A DNA stretch of 64,000 bases from a virus: IMG/VR virus record IMGVR_UViG_3300015242_000020, positions 32,001 through 96,000 of that record; one strand, given 5' to 3'. Below the pieces are notes generated by a model. The model worked only from the letters and a program-made list of their open reading frames with translations, had not been told where the DNA came from and searched no databases. This document shows positions 9,659 through 19,706 of the stretch, in pieces (position 1 is the first letter of the stretch; every line of letters starts with the position of its first letter). The translations under genes and the position numbers were made by a program.

Positions 9659-11770
9659 CTAGTTCTGCACGGCGATGATGTTCACTTGCACTGAAGCGGC
9701 AGAGCTGGCGATTGTCGACTGGACAGCAGCAGTCAGAGACTTCACATAATGCCCATCCTTTGCCAGCAATAGATAGGTATTCGTCGAAAAAAGAACGGTG
9801 AGGGTAGTGATTGACCCCTGCGTAACAGTCGACGTTGTGTTGTCGTCGAATGTCGCGGTAAAAGATACAGTTAATGTCTCACTGGCTACCCCCGCAGGAG
9901 TTACTGAGCCCAGCACGATCGAATAGCCAAGCTGAGTCACCGACGGTGACATAGTGGCCGCTGTGCCGAGCGTGGCCGCCGTCGCCGACGGGGTGAGTGT
10001 GCCGGAGTTCCATTTGCGGTTTGAAGCCGCGTACTTCAATACCCCGTTCACCGTCTCCGGTCCATCGACCAGCGTCCCCAGTGGTGAGCTACTCGCCCCC
10101 GTTGATAGACCAGGGTTGGTTCCCCAGGTGCCGCCGGTGATCGACGAGCCGCCCGCGTACAGGTTCGCCCCCGTCAGGTTGCCGTTGCAGTTGTTCGCCT
10201 GCACGGTCGCCGACACCAGCGTTCCGGTCGCGGTCAAATACAGGCCGTAGGTCTGAGTTTTGGTGGTCTGGTTGTCCCAGCACCGGTTGCCGATGATCAT
10301 CGATCCGATGTTGATCGCATTGAGTGAGATACCGGATCGTAGATCAGTCGTATCAGTTGTAGTGGTTCCGTTGTTGCGAATCCGGTTGCCGCTGATCGTG
10401 CCGTCGGACTGTTGTGCATCGACCCGGATTCCCGCATCTCCGTTGCCATAAATGTCGTTGTTGACGACAGCGATCTCTTTGCTGGTCGATGCATTGCTGG
10501 GACTGTTGCCGAGGTGGACGCCGTGACCGGTGTTGCCGGAGATCCTGTTGTTGGAAATCTGGTAGCCAAACGCACCGTCACCGATCAGGACACCATCGAG
10601 GTTTCCGGAGATGACATTATTAGTCAGCACCCCGTTGCGGCCGACGATGCCAACGACACCTTTCGCACTGATGTCGAATCCTGCTGCAGTGTTGTTGATG
10701 ATCGTATTGCCGTCGACTACCAGCCCGTCTGCGCCCCAGTCACCAATGCCGTACCGGTTACCTTCGACGTGATTCCCGACGATCCGGACGCCGGTGGTCT
10801 TGGTGGTGAAAGCACCGTTTTGGTGTTCGACGAATATGCCGTGGGTGCCGTTGTTCTTCGCGGTGCAACCCGAGATGATCAGCGGCTGTATCGGGTTGTA
10901 GGAGGTACCGATCCCGATCCCGGCACCGCCGAACTGGGTCCCGTCGTTCCCGCGACCACAGTTGTTGACGACACAGTTGGTGATCGCTGAGTCGATCAGC
11001 TGGTCACAGCCGATCCCAGTCGCCAGGGTGTCATGAATGTAGAGGTTGATGAATCGGGCGCGAAGCATGAACAGGATGTTGAGGCCCTTGGATCCGACGT
11101 CGTAGCTGCTGGTGGTGACCAGCAGTCCGTCGATTTCGAAGTCGGCAAAGGTGCAGTCCGTCAAGGGGGTCGAGGTCGACCCGTCGGTGATGTTGTAGAT
11201 GGGGGAGAACCCGGTCGCCGGCCCTGAGTTGTTCGGCTTGAGGATGCTCTTGCCCTGTCCGGAGCCGACCAGGCTGATGCCGGACTTCCACTTCACTCCC
11301 GACCGCAGCAGATAGGTGCCCTTCGGCAGGAAGATCACCGATCCAGCTGGAAGAGCCGTAACCAGCGCCTGCAGAGCAGCCTGGTCATCGGTGGTTCCGT
11401 CCCCCTTCACCCCATGATCTTTGGCGTTGTAGACCAGGGAGTCGATCGCGACCGTCCCACCAACCACTGGAGGAGGAGTGGAGGGGTCGGTGCCGGCGGT
11501 GACAGCACGGGTTGCTGCAACACCCTGGGCCCGGCCATACAGCGTGGTGACGCCATCTGGCCCGTAGAAGCCTGGCACCAGACGGCTGCGCTGCACCCAA
11601 AAGTGCGAGCCCACCACGGCGACCTGAGCGGGATAGCTGAGCATGTCAGCCGGCGTAGTCGCCCCGGAGTCGGTGTAAAAGGTCACCAGCACCTGATCAG
11701 GGGTTGAGCCCACATCGGTGCTGCCGAAATACAGGCTCAGAGAGCTTGGGGAGAAATAGCTGCGCGCCAC
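9659..11770 (-). CDS. Tailspike/depolymerase with pectate-lyase-like right-handed beta helix
   Basis: YNAKDHGVKGDGTTDDQAALQ...IFLPKGTY and many I.GN.I.GN beta-helix repeats. Confidence 0.85.
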   Translation of the reverse strand: MARSYFSPSSLSLYFGSTDVGSTPDQVLVTFYTDSGATTPADMLSYPAQVAVVGSHFWVQRSRLVPGFYGPDGVTTLYGRAQGVAATRAVTAGTDPSTPPPVVGGTVAIDSLVYNAKDHGVKGDGTTDDQAALQALVTALPAGSVIFLPKGTYLLRSGVKWKSGISLVGSGQGKSILKPNNSGPATGFSPIYNITDGSTSTPLTDCTFADFEIDGLLVTTSSYDVGSKGLNILFMLRARFINLYIHDTLATGIGCDQLIDSAITNCVVNNCGRGNDGTQFGGAGIGIGTSYNPIQPLIISGCTAKNNGTHGIFVEHQNGAFTTKTTGVRIVGNHVEGNRYGIGDWGADGLVVDGNTIINNTAAGFDISAKGVVGIVGRNGVLTNNVISGNLDGVLIGDGAFGYQISNNRISGNTGHGVHLGNSPSNASTSKEIAVVNNDIYGNGDAGIRVDAQQSDGTISGNRIRNNGTTTTDTTDLRSGISLNAINIGSMIIGNRCWDNQTTKTQTYGLYLTATGTLVSATVQANNCNGNLTGANLYAGGSSITGGTWGTNPGLSTGASSSPLGTLVDGPETVNGVLKYAASNRKWNSGTLTPSATAATLGTAATMSPSVTQLGYSIVLGSVTPAGVASETLTVSFTATFDDNTTSTVTQGSITTLTVLFSTNTYLLLAKDGHYVKSLTAAVQSTIASSAASVQVNIIAVQN

Positions 11771-11783
11771 GGTTATTCAGTCC

Positions 11784-12989
11784 TCACCAGTAGAATCTCG
11801 CCGGGAAATAGCCACGTGCCGCCGCCATACCGAGGCCGCCGTAGGCCACGCTGGGGCCAAACCGTCCGTAGGCGCCGCCAGAGATCAGGGCCGCCGACTG
11901 ACCCAGACCCATATTGGCGATCTTGAAGGTGTCCATCATCAAGTCGAGGTCTTTCTGCTCCATCACGTAGACGTCCTGCCAGCGCTGCATGTAATCGCGC
12001 CGGTCCAACCGGGACACTGCCGAGGAGAGATTGACCTGTGGTTGCTCCACATAGGACCGAATCAGATGCTTGATGATTTCCACGTAGCCGATCTGCTCCA
12101 GCAGGGGCCCCCACTGGCTGACCGGGAAGGGGCTCTGGGCGTCATCGAGCGTATAGGTCTGATAGGGCTGGGCCACGGTGTTCATCCGGCCGACCCCGAC
12201 CCGCAGCAGCTGGGAGATACGGTTGCGGGTGAAATGGCTCTGCAGCAGGGTCTGCAGGTACGGCCCACCCAGCGGGGAGTCGAAGAGGTCAGCGAACCGG
12301 TGCCAGATGTTTTCCACGATCAGCTTGTAGCTGGGGTCCAGGGAGTCGTAGTCCGGATAGGACGGTCCGACCTGCAGCGGCACCACGTTGATATCGGCGA
12401 CGGCGCTGAGAGTGTAGGTGTAGTGGATATCGAAGACGCCGATAGTCGCCGTCTCCAAGCCGGAAAGGGTCAGCCCGTAAATGCCGGTACCGATATGGGC
12501 TGCAGCTCGGGAAAAGAGCACCACCCCGGTGGCAGCATTCACCATCTGTCCGGTCACCGCGTTGGCGTCCACGTCGGTGGGGGTGCCACCGACGACCACG
12601 GTGAAGCCGACCTGCTGGGTGGAGTACTGCGAGACGTAGAGCCGGTCATTCAGCGACGGCGGTGAGCCGGTGGGGGTCGGGGTGGTGGTGTCGGCTCCTA
12701 CCACGGTGACGGTCTCGGCGGCCTGCACCGGCTGGTGGTTGGAGTCGGTGCCGACCCAAGATACAAGTATCTCACCGGGGGGCGGCGGGATGTCCGGGGC
12801 CCAGACGAAGGCATAGTGCCCAACAGCAGGGTGGGTGATCCCGGCGGTGGTGGTGCCCAGGTAGGTGACGCTGCCCTCGATCGAGGTCACCGTGATCGAA
12901 AGAGTGAGCAGGTCGATGGAGGTGCCCCCGTCGAAGGTGTACCACTCCGAGGTCAGGGTGACCGCCTGTCCACGGGTCATCGTGGTCAT
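11784..12989 (-). CDS. Putative head-to-tail adaptor with N-terminal Ig-like domains
   Basis: Two beta domains (G.Y motifs) then a helical C-terminal domain; synteny. Confidence 0.5.
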   Translation of the reverse strand: MTTMTRGQAVTLTSEWYTFDGGTSIDLLTLSITVTSIEGSVTYLGTTTAGITHPAVGHYAFVWAPDIPPPPGEILVSWVGTDSNHQPVQAAETVTVVGADTTTPTPTGSPPSLNDRLYVSQYSTQQVGFTVVVGGTPTDVDANAVTGQMVNAATGVVLFSRAAAHIGTGIYGLTLSGLETATIGVFDIHYTYTLSAVADINVVPLQVGPSYPDYDSLDPSYKLIVENIWHRFADLFDSPLGGPYLQTLLQSHFTRNRISQLLRVGVGRMNTVAQPYQTYTLDDAQSPFPVSQWGPLLEQIGYVEIIKHLIRSYVEQPQVNLSSAVSRLDRRDYMQRWQDVYVMEQKDLDLMMDTFKIANMGLGQSAALISGGAYGRFGPSVAYGGLGMAAARGYFPARFYW

Positions 12990-12999
12990 CGCTGACTCC

Positions 13000-15900
13000 T
13001 CACGTCAGGTCCAGCAATCGGGCACGGACCACGGCGCCGGACTGCACCACGCCGAGCACATAGGCGGTTTGCAGCCGGCCGCCGACCATCACCCCAAGCA
13101 CCGCCGGGTTGTGGGTGGGTCGCGCGCTGCCCTTGGCCAGCAGCACCAGGTGCGCCATCGCCAACAGGTGGGCACGGGCGATGGCCATCCGGGCCACTAG
13201 GGAGAGGGTGGCGTTCACCTTTAGCCGTGCCCGGCCGGAGACGTGCCCGGTGGCCGTCAGGGCGAGCCGGGCGGTGCCCTTGGTCTTGACCGAGACCGGA
13301 TGCACCAGCGCGGCACTCAGGGCCAGTACGGCAGTACCCCGAGCCGGGACGTGCAGCGGGTGCACGGTCAGGGTCAGGGTCAACGCGGCGGTGCCGTGCG
13401 GGGCACCGGAGATCCGGGTGACGTGCGCGGCCAAGACCAACACCGCGTGCCCCGGCGGGGCGATCGTAGGTCCCCGTGCCCCCAGGGTGAGGCTGGCGGT
13501 GCCCGTGGTCGGCGTTCCGGCGTGCGCCGCTGTGGCGAGTAGGGCCAGGACTGCGGTGGCGCGTAGGACCGCGTGGGGGCTCGTAATGGCCAAGGTGAGC
13601 GTGAGAGCTGCGGTGGCATGCGTGGGGGCAAGGACCGAACCGGCAGCGAACAGCTCGACGTCGGCCGCGCCAGAGGCCGGGACCGGGCCGCTAGAGGCAA
13701 CAGCCTCCAGGTCCACTGCGGCGGTGGCCGCTAGTCGGGCCTTGACCGAGCCAGAGGCACCCAGGGTGAGGTTCGCGGTAGCCGGCGCGATCTCGGCCGG
13801 CACGATCTCCATGACACCGGAGGCCATGATGCCCTTGGCGCCACGACCGAAGGAAGTGTTCGCCCCGGAGAGGGTGGGCACGATGTGGGCCAGCACCGGC
13901 TTGCCGATTCCGGTGGCGGCCGTCCAGTCCCCGGTGGTCCCGGTGTAGTCCATGCCCAGGATCGACCAGTGGCTCTGGGTGGCGACCATGTTGCCGCTGG
14001 ACACGTCAGCGTCATAGAAGTATCCCCAGGTCTGATACCCCCGGGCGGTCGCGGCGTCGGCCTTGGTGAGGTCGGAGATGCCGGTGCCCTTGATGATGAA
14101 CCGGGTGTTGCCGCCATAGGTGTCGAGCAGGTCCAGGTGCGCTGACATGGTCTGGGTGCCCTTGTTGTCGACCATGATCACGCGGCTGCCGGCGGCGTAG
14201 AGGTCGAGCACGTCGGTGAGCTGGGACATCGGAAATCCACCGGAGGTGGTGGTCAGCGGCTGCAGGGTGGCCCACGGCGTGGAGGGAATGTCGTAGTTGG
14301 TGCCGAAGACCCGGCCGGTGGTCTGGTCGTGGCTGCAGACCCACACCCCGTCGGAGGACTTCCAGACCGAAATCTCCAGCGCCAACGTGGAGGACCAGGC
14401 GGCGGAGTGCGCGTAGGCGAAGAGGGTCTCCTCCACCCAATCCGCCGAGCCGCCCCGGTGCGCGACGTACCAGCGCGAGCGCGCCATCCAGGCCAGGATC
14501 GGAGTGGTCTGACCAGCCACCAGCGACAGCGACGCGGTGGAGATCGCGATAGGCACCTTGGCGCCGCCGGAGGCACCCAGGGTGAGGGATCCGGTGCCGG
14601 TGGCGGCGATTGCCCCGGAGGTGGCGCCGGTTGCCGCCAGGTCCAGGGACGCGGTGGCAGTGGCCGTCCCGGTGGCCGGGGTAAGGGCGACCACCAGGCC
14701 GCCGGTGCCCGAGGCGACGGTGCCGCCACCGGAAAAGGTGGAGGTGCGTGTCCCGGTGGATCCGGCGGCGGTGAGCACCTGCCGGAAGACCGTCAGCGCC
14801 ATGTTCAGGGTGGCGCCGGTGTTAGCGTGGCTGACCTGCCCGAGCTGACTCATCCCCGACGGCAGGGACGGCACGATCGCAGTAGAGCCGGCAGCGTTGG
14901 AGGAGTACGCCAGGACAAGCATCGGATCGGTGGCTCCGGTCGGGGAGACCGAGGGCATGGCCACCGAAGACACGTTCTGCAGTCGGATCTGGGAGGTGGA
15001 GACATCCACCGGGGTGCCGTTGGCGGTCTCCACCCAGATCATGCCCATCGCCCGGTCGACGGTGGCTGAGGAGACGAAGTCATAGGAGACCGCCGTCTCC
15101 GCTGCCGCCGAGGGGACCGACTTGTAGTACAGGTGCAGGTCGACGTAATCGGTGGCCGAGGAGGGGATCTCCGCCCAGCTGGAGGGCAGCGTCTTGGTGC
15201 CGCCGGGATTGCGCCACAAGCAGGCGGCGAACAGCATCTGGCCGTCACCGAGGTTGGCCGGCTTCAGCAGCGTGATGGTGGTCGATGAGGCCGAGGAGTA
15301 GGTGTTGACCGCTGCCGAGGTGGCGCTGGCCTCCAGGTCGAGCGCGGCAGTGGCGGTGGCTCGCGCTGAGGGGGTGCCGCTGGCCCCCAGCGTCACCGTG
15401 GCGCTGCCGATGGTGGATCCGGTGGAGAAGGCCGACCCGGTGGCTCCCAGGGTCAGGGGAGCCGTTGCGGTAATCCCCACCGACGGGGTGCCGGAAGCAA
15501 CCAAGGACAGTCCAGCGGTCCCCGTCGGTGGGGCATACGCAGCGGTGCCGGAGGCTGTCAGGGAGAGCACTCCGGTGCCGCTGGCTTGAGGGATGCTGCT
15601 GGCCGTACCGGTCGCACCCAGGGTGATGGCTGCGGAGGCGGTCGGGGAGGCGACAGAGGGCAGCAGGGAGAAGACCACACCCCCGGCGCCGGCCGCGACC
15701 GTGTTGCCCCCGGCGAAGGTCGAGGTGCGGGTCCCGGTGGCACCGGAGGAGGTCAGGGTCTGCCGAAAGACCTGCACCGCCATGTTCAACGTGTTGGCCA
15801 CGTTCGCCGAGTCGAGTTCCTGCAGCAGCGTCATCCCGGTGGGGGTATTGGCAGTGCAGGCGGTGGAGTTGGCCGCGTTCGTGGAGTAGGTGACCACGAT

Positions 15901-16299
15901 CAGGTCATCGCGCGCGCCCGTCGTGGTGACGGTCGGCATCGCCACCGAGGACACATTGGTCTGCCGAGTCAGGCTCGCGGTGCCATCGAACGGCGAGCTA
16001 GCCGCGCAGGACTCGGCCCACATGATGCCCAGCCCGCGCTCGGCGGCGGCGGTGGTGGAGAAGGCGTAGCTGGTGGAGGTTTCTCCAGCGGCGGAGGGAA
16101 TCTGCTTGTAGTAGACGTGGACGTCGAGGTAGTCAGTGGCCGAGACCCCGATCTCAGTCCAGCCTGAGGCCGGGGTCTTGGTCCCACCGATGGTCCGCCA
16201 CACGCAGAGGGCGAACAGCATCTGCCCGTCCGCGACATCCGCCTTGCTCAGCGTGATGGTCTGCGTACTGGCATTCGCATAGGTGGTGACCGGTGCCAT
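13000..16299 (-). CDS. Virion protein with duplicated beta domain, glycerophosphodiester phosphodiesterase domain and Ala/Thr repeats
   Basis: YVAHRGGS..VEET...SSDGVWVCSHD GDPD motif; aa ~5-210 duplicated at ~330-540. Confidence 0.8.
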   Translation of the reverse strand: MAPVTTYANASTQTITLSKADVADGQMLFALCVWRTIGGTKTPASGWTEIGVSATDYLDVHVYYKQIPSAAGETSTSYAFSTTAAAERGLGIMWAESCAASSPFDGTASLTRQTNVSSVAMPTVTTTGARDDLIVVTYSTNAANSTACTANTPTGMTLLQELDSANVANTLNMAVQVFRQTLTSSGATGTRTSTFAGGNTVAAGAGGVVFSLLPSVASPTASAAITLGATGTASSIPQASGTGVLSLTASGTAAYAPPTGTAGLSLVASGTPSVGITATAPLTLGATGSAFSTGSTIGSATVTLGASGTPSARATATAALDLEASATSAAVNTYSSASSTTITLLKPANLGDGQMLFAACLWRNPGGTKTLPSSWAEIPSSATDYVDLHLYYKSVPSAAAETAVSYDFVSSATVDRAMGMIWVETANGTPVDVSTSQIRLQNVSSVAMPSVSPTGATDPMLVLAYSSNAAGSTAIVPSLPSGMSQLGQVSHANTGATLNMALTVFRQVLTAAGSTGTRTSTFSGGGTVASGTGGLVVALTPATGTATATASLDLAATGATSGAIAATGTGSLTLGASGGAKVPIAISTASLSLVAGQTTPILAWMARSRWYVAHRGGSADWVEETLFAYAHSAAWSSTLALEISVWKSSDGVWVCSHDQTTGRVFGTNYDIPSTPWATLQPLTTTSGGFPMSQLTDVLDLYAAGSRVIMVDNKGTQTMSAHLDLLDTYGGNTRFIIKGTGISDLTKADAATARGYQTWGYFYDADVSSGNMVATQSHWSILGMDYTGTTGDWTAATGIGKPVLAHIVPTLSGANTSFGRGAKGIMASGVMEIVPAEIAPATANLTLGASGSVKARLAATAAVDLEAVASSGPVPASGAADVELFAAGSVLAPTHATAALTLTLAITSPHAVLRATAVLALLATAAHAGTPTTGTASLTLGARGPTIAPPGHAVLVLAAHVTRISGAPHGTAALTLTLTVHPLHVPARGTAVLALSAALVHPVSVKTKGTARLALTATGHVSGRARLKVNATLSLVARMAIARAHLLAMAHLVLLAKGSARPTHNPAVLGVMVGGRLQTAYVLGVVQSGAVVRARLLDLT

Positions 16300-16318
16300 C
16301 GAGTCCCAACAAGATCAA

Positions 16319-16687
16319 TCAGGAGGCGCTGAGGGTGAGGGCGCCGGCCGACACCGTGATGGAGGCTGCCGTCACCGAGGAGCCCAGCGCGCCACCGATG
16401 GCGTAGTTGCTGCCGGTGGAGGCCGAGGCGGTGCCGAAGTAGGTGACCGCCACCGTGCCGGCCGTGGAAAAAGTCAGCGCGCTGGAGTTGGTCTTGGCCC
16501 CCGACGTGGTGGCGGAGTTCCAGGTGCATGCCTGTCGGGCATAGCCGCCGGTCGCGGCGTTCTCACTCGATCCGGCGGTGCCCGGGTCGGCAGTATGGAG
16601 TGAGACGTAGGCGATGACGTTGGTCGCCTGGGTGGCGTCCAGGCCGTTGAGGGCGGCCTGCTCGGCGGTACCGGATGCGCGGGCCAT
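16319..16687 (-). CDS. Small tail-fibre-associated structural protein
   Basis: YVSLHTADPG...GGYARQ motif common in phage structural proteins. Confidence 0.65.
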   Translation of the reverse strand: MARASGTAEQAALNGLDATQATNVIAYVSLHTADPGTAGSSENAATGGYARQACTWNSATTSGAKTNSSALTFSTAGTVAVTYFGTASASTGSNYAIGGALGSSVTAASITVSAGALTLSAS

Positions 16688-16690
16688 GAA

Positions 16691-16969
16691 TCAGCTCTCC
16701 TGCGTGTTGGTGTCGTGCACGAACGGGGTGGTCTCGTCGTGGGCCGGGTGCCCGTCGGCGGCATAGCGGTCTCCCACCAGGCCAGCGACCTCGGCTGCGT
16801 GATCGGGATGAACCTCGACCGCCGCCTCGGTCACGTCGTAGGTGGTGCCATCGGTGGTGGTGACCTCACCGGAGATCGGCCCGGTCAGCACCACGTGGCC
16901 GTCGGAGGCGTAGTGAAAGTGCGGGGTGCCATCGGCGTTGGTGCCGAGGCGGGTCTTCTGGATAGCCAC
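16691..16969 (-). CDS. Hypothetical protein
   Basis: ORF with RBS, coding-like bias. Confidence 0.55.
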   Translation of the reverse strand: MAIQKTRLGTNADGTPHFHYASDGHVVLTGPISGEVTTTDGTTYDVTEAAVEVHPDHAAEVAGLVGDRYAADGHPAHDETTPFVHDTNTQES

Positions 16970-16986
16970 AGGGCGCTCCTTGTCGG

Positions 16987-17247
16987 TTATGGGCTGGGTG
17001 CGAGCTGGATGACGACGGTGCCGTCGGGGGTGCCATCAGGAGGGCCAGAGGCGTCGGAGGCGATCACGATGCAGGGGGCGAACGGGGCACCGGCATGGGC
17101 ACCGGCGATCGCGGTGTCGACGTAGTGCTTGGTGGCGGCCTGCAGGTTGGTGGTGGGGTCGGCCGCGAGCACCAGCGCACCGGTCATCGTGTCGCCGGCC
17201 ACGCTGACCTTGTCTGGGTCGCCCCCTGAGGTCCCGATCGCTGGCAT
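16987..17247 (-). CDS. Small fibre-like protein
   Basis: GDTMTGAL.L.ADPT..LQAATKHYVD fibre motif. Confidence 0.6.
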   Translation of the reverse strand: MPAIGTSGGDPDKVSVAGDTMTGALVLAADPTTNLQAATKHYVDTAIAGAHAGAPFAPCIVIASDASGPPDGTPDGTVVIQLAPSP

Positions 17248-17249
17248 GG

Positions 17250-17927
17250 CTACAGCTCCACGACGGCGATCGAGGCCGAACCGCCGGCCCCGTCGGTCCC
17301 GATGTTGGCCGTGCCCCCGCCGGCATACGCCGCGACCCGGAACTGGAAGCTCCAGGAGTAGGTGCCGGCCGAGAGGCCGGAGCGCTCGTAGGCGGAGTAG
17401 CTCGCGCCGGTGCCGCCCTGATGGGATCCAGACGGATCGTCGATCATCTGCCAGGTGCCCAGCACGGTGCCGGTATTGGCGGTGGCCGACCTAAAGATCG
17501 AGCCCACCCCCAGTTCGTGGCTGCCAGTGAAGGTCTTCCAGGTGGCGATGATCTCCAGTGGTCGCATCCCGTCAGGGACCACGATGTTCTGCGCGACCAC
17601 CACCACGGTGAACGTGGAGGAGTCGGAGTTGGAGACCGATGAGGACTGATAGGTGATCGCCGGCTGCCCACCGGTGGTCTTCAGTAGTCCGGCCGGTCCG
17701 ATCCGACGCCACGCGGTACCTGACCACCACCACTCCAGGCCGGTGTCGGTCTCGAAGATCCGCATACCGGTCTGGTTGGTGCTCCAAGTCGGCCGGGTGG
17801 AGGAGGTGCAGATGGTGATGCCGGGAGCGGCGTCGATCTTGCCCCAGTTGTTGAAGATGTCCTGGGTGACAAAGGAGTCGGAGGTAGTCGGTTTCAGCAG
17901 CCCCAAATGCGGCGACGAGGTTGGCAT
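17250..17927 (-). CDS. Minor virion/tail protein
   Basis: LGLLKP...NNWGKID; GMRIFETDTG..WWWSGTAW motif. Confidence 0.6.
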   Translation of the reverse strand: MPTSSPHLGLLKPTTSDSFVTQDIFNNWGKIDAAPGITICTSSTRPTWSTNQTGMRIFETDTGLEWWWSGTAWRRIGPAGLLKTTGGQPAITYQSSSVSNSDSSTFTVVVVAQNIVVPDGMRPLEIIATWKTFTGSHELGVGSIFRSATANTGTVLGTWQMIDDPSGSHQGGTGASYSAYERSGLSAGTYSWSFQFRVAAYAGGGTANIGTDGAGGSASIAVVEL

Positions 17928-17954
17928 CCCGAATCCTTCCGGCCTGATCGGTCT

Positions 17955-17992
17955 CTAGTCCTTAGATGGGCCGGATTCGGGTGGGCGCAGGG
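17955..17992 (-). promoter_or_regulatory. Late-promoter-like element
   Basis: CCCTGC-N21-CTAAGGACTAG, 27 nt upstream of ATG 17927. Confidence 0.6.
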
Positions 17993-18076
17993 TGTCCGGA
18001 CATGCAGCGGCCCCCGCCGGGCTATCCCAGACGGGGGCCGGAGCCGATTAAGGAGCGATCACATGATCTGGTCGCC

Positions 18077-18424
18077 CTACTCTGCCGGGGCGGCTTCTGC
18101 CTCCGGGGTGACTGCCGCTGCCGGCTCAACGACCGGGCCGGTCGTGGAGGCCGGGGATCCCACCGTCAGCTCGGCCGGGTCCTCGACGTCATCAGGGGTC
18201 AGAGCTGCCGCGCGCTGCCCGGGGGTCAGGAAGTACTCGTCCTGGGTCAGCTCGCCCTCTTCGCCCGAGCCGCCATGCAGATCCCGAAACAGCGGAGTGG
18301 CGAATTCCAGGCTCTGGGTCTGGTCGATGTTCCCGTGGGTGAGCACCTGGCCGTACTGGTCGGTCGGGTTGGGGACATGGTCTTCGGACTCGACGTAGCG
18401 CTCCGGCTGCACCGATTCGGACAT
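18077..18424 (-). CDS. Acidic hypothetical protein
   Basis: Start revised to MSESVQ (RBS GGAAGGA). Confidence 0.55.
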   Translation of the reverse strand: MSESVQPERYVESEDHVPNPTDQYGQVLTHGNIDQTQSLEFATPLFRDLHGGSGEEGELTQDEYFLTPGQRAAALTPDDVEDPAELTVGSPASTTGPVVEPAAAVTPEAEAAPAE

Positions 18425-18473
18425 GATGGAAGATCCTTCCGTTGGTCGGGGCCGGTGGCCCTCGTGCGTGGTC

Positions 18474-18965
18474 TTACTGGGAGGTACGTACCCAATAATT
18501 GGGCTGCTCCCCACCGTCGACCAGGGCGTACTGGCCGGCCAGTGAAGCGTGCTCGGTGCAGAGTGGAGGGATTTGGTTACGCCGGCTGAGCAACATGATC
18601 GCCTGCTGCTCGCAGGTCACCCCCGCGCGAGTGCCGGGGCCAATGCAGGGCAAGCCCACCATCACGTTCTCGGTGGACTGCACGTCGATGACGTCCTTAA
18701 CCGCTTGCGCTGCGTGGCTGGCCTGAGCCTGCCCGGCATGCCGCTGCGCCTCATACGCCCGGTCGATCTCCTCCTCGTTGTCCATCAGCTCCAGGCTGCC
18801 GAGCTTGATGGCACGGCGGATCGAGATGTCATCGCGCAACTCATCCGAGATCATCTGGATGTCCTCCCCCGATGGATCGCCAGCGGCACGCCAGATCAGG
18901 GGTCGCTGATCGTGCGGGTGCACCAGCACCGGGTTGGAGAGGCGGTTGCGCAGCGCGTAGGGCAC
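18474..18965 (-). CDS. Hypothetical protein with C-x8-C...C-x2-H motif
   Basis: Preceded by the late-type element. Confidence 0.6.
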   Translation of the reverse strand: MPYALRNRLSNPVLVHPHDQRPLIWRAAGDPSGEDIQMISDELRDDISIRRAIKLGSLELMDNEEEIDRAYEAQRHAGQAQASHAAQAVKDVIDVQSTENVMVGLPCIGPGTRAGVTCEQQAIMLLSRRNQIPPLCTEHASLAGQYALVDGGEQPNYWVRTSQ

Positions 18966-18993
18966 GAGGGGCTCCTAGTGGTCGGAGATTCTT

Positions 18994-19032
18994 CTACCTC
19001 TTCAACGAGCACCCGAGAGAGAGGGAACAGGG
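18994..19032 (-). promoter_or_regulatory. Late-promoter-like element
   Basis: CCCTGT-N22-TGAAGAGGTAG. Confidence 0.7.
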
Positions 19033-19040
19033 CAGGGCAG

Positions 19041-19081
19041 CACACAGCCCCGGTGAGGAGCTGAGTCACCGGGGCTGTGTG
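19041..19081 (-). terminator. Hairpin terminator
   Basis: Perfect 16-bp stem CACACAGCCCCGGTGA/TCACCGGGGCTGTGTG just after stop 19090. Confidence 0.6.
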
Positions 19082-19089
19082 GTCGTGGG

Positions 19090-19554
19090 TCAGACGGTCG
19101 GCTGGTCGGTGCTTCCGCCGTCGGTCAGAGTGGATCCATCGGTCGGAGCACCACCGTCGGCCGGCGGGGCGGTCACGACCGGGTCGGAGGTGCTGATGCT
19201 GGCCACGGTGGCATCCATCTGCGCTACCGCTGCATCGAGCTTGGCCTGATCTTCGGGGGAAACCTGACCGATCGCAGCCTTCAGGGCTGCATAGTCGGCT
19301 TCCAGGCGCGTAACGCCGTCAGCGAGGGTCTGGCTGACTGCTACGAGGTCGTCAAAGCTGGACACGAAGTGCTCCATTCGTTGGTCGGCGGCATCAAGGC
19401 GCCGATGAATTGCCTTGAGTTCTTCCCGGATCGCTTCCAGCAGCCAGTCGAAGACCAGCCCCTGGTGGCGAACGATCCTGCCCACCCACTCCGGCTGCCC
19501 GGGATGGCTGTTCCACATCGGGCGCTGTGGGCTCACAGATGCTCCCCCGCACAC
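19090..19554 (-). CDS. Coiled-coil hypothetical protein (start uncertain)
   Basis: Heptad pattern; alternative GTG starts at 19536 or 19365. Confidence 0.5.
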   Translation of the reverse strand: MCGGASVSPQRPMWNSHPGQPEWVGRIVRHQGLVFDWLLEAIREELKAIHRRLDAADQRMEHFVSSFDDLVAVSQTLADGVTRLEADYAALKAAIGQVSPEDQAKLDAAVAQMDATVASISTSDPVVTAPPADGGAPTDGSTLTDGGSTDQPTV

Positions 19555-19706
19555 GTCAGGAATCTTTCCGGATAGACCGCTCAGCCGTGGCCCTCGATGG
19601 GTGCTCGTGCATCGCGGCGGACGAGGGGATGCTAGCCGAGAAACCTTTGAGCGAATAGGGGCACGCCGGAGGACAGCCGATCCGGAATTATTGCCGGAAT
19701 AGTTGC

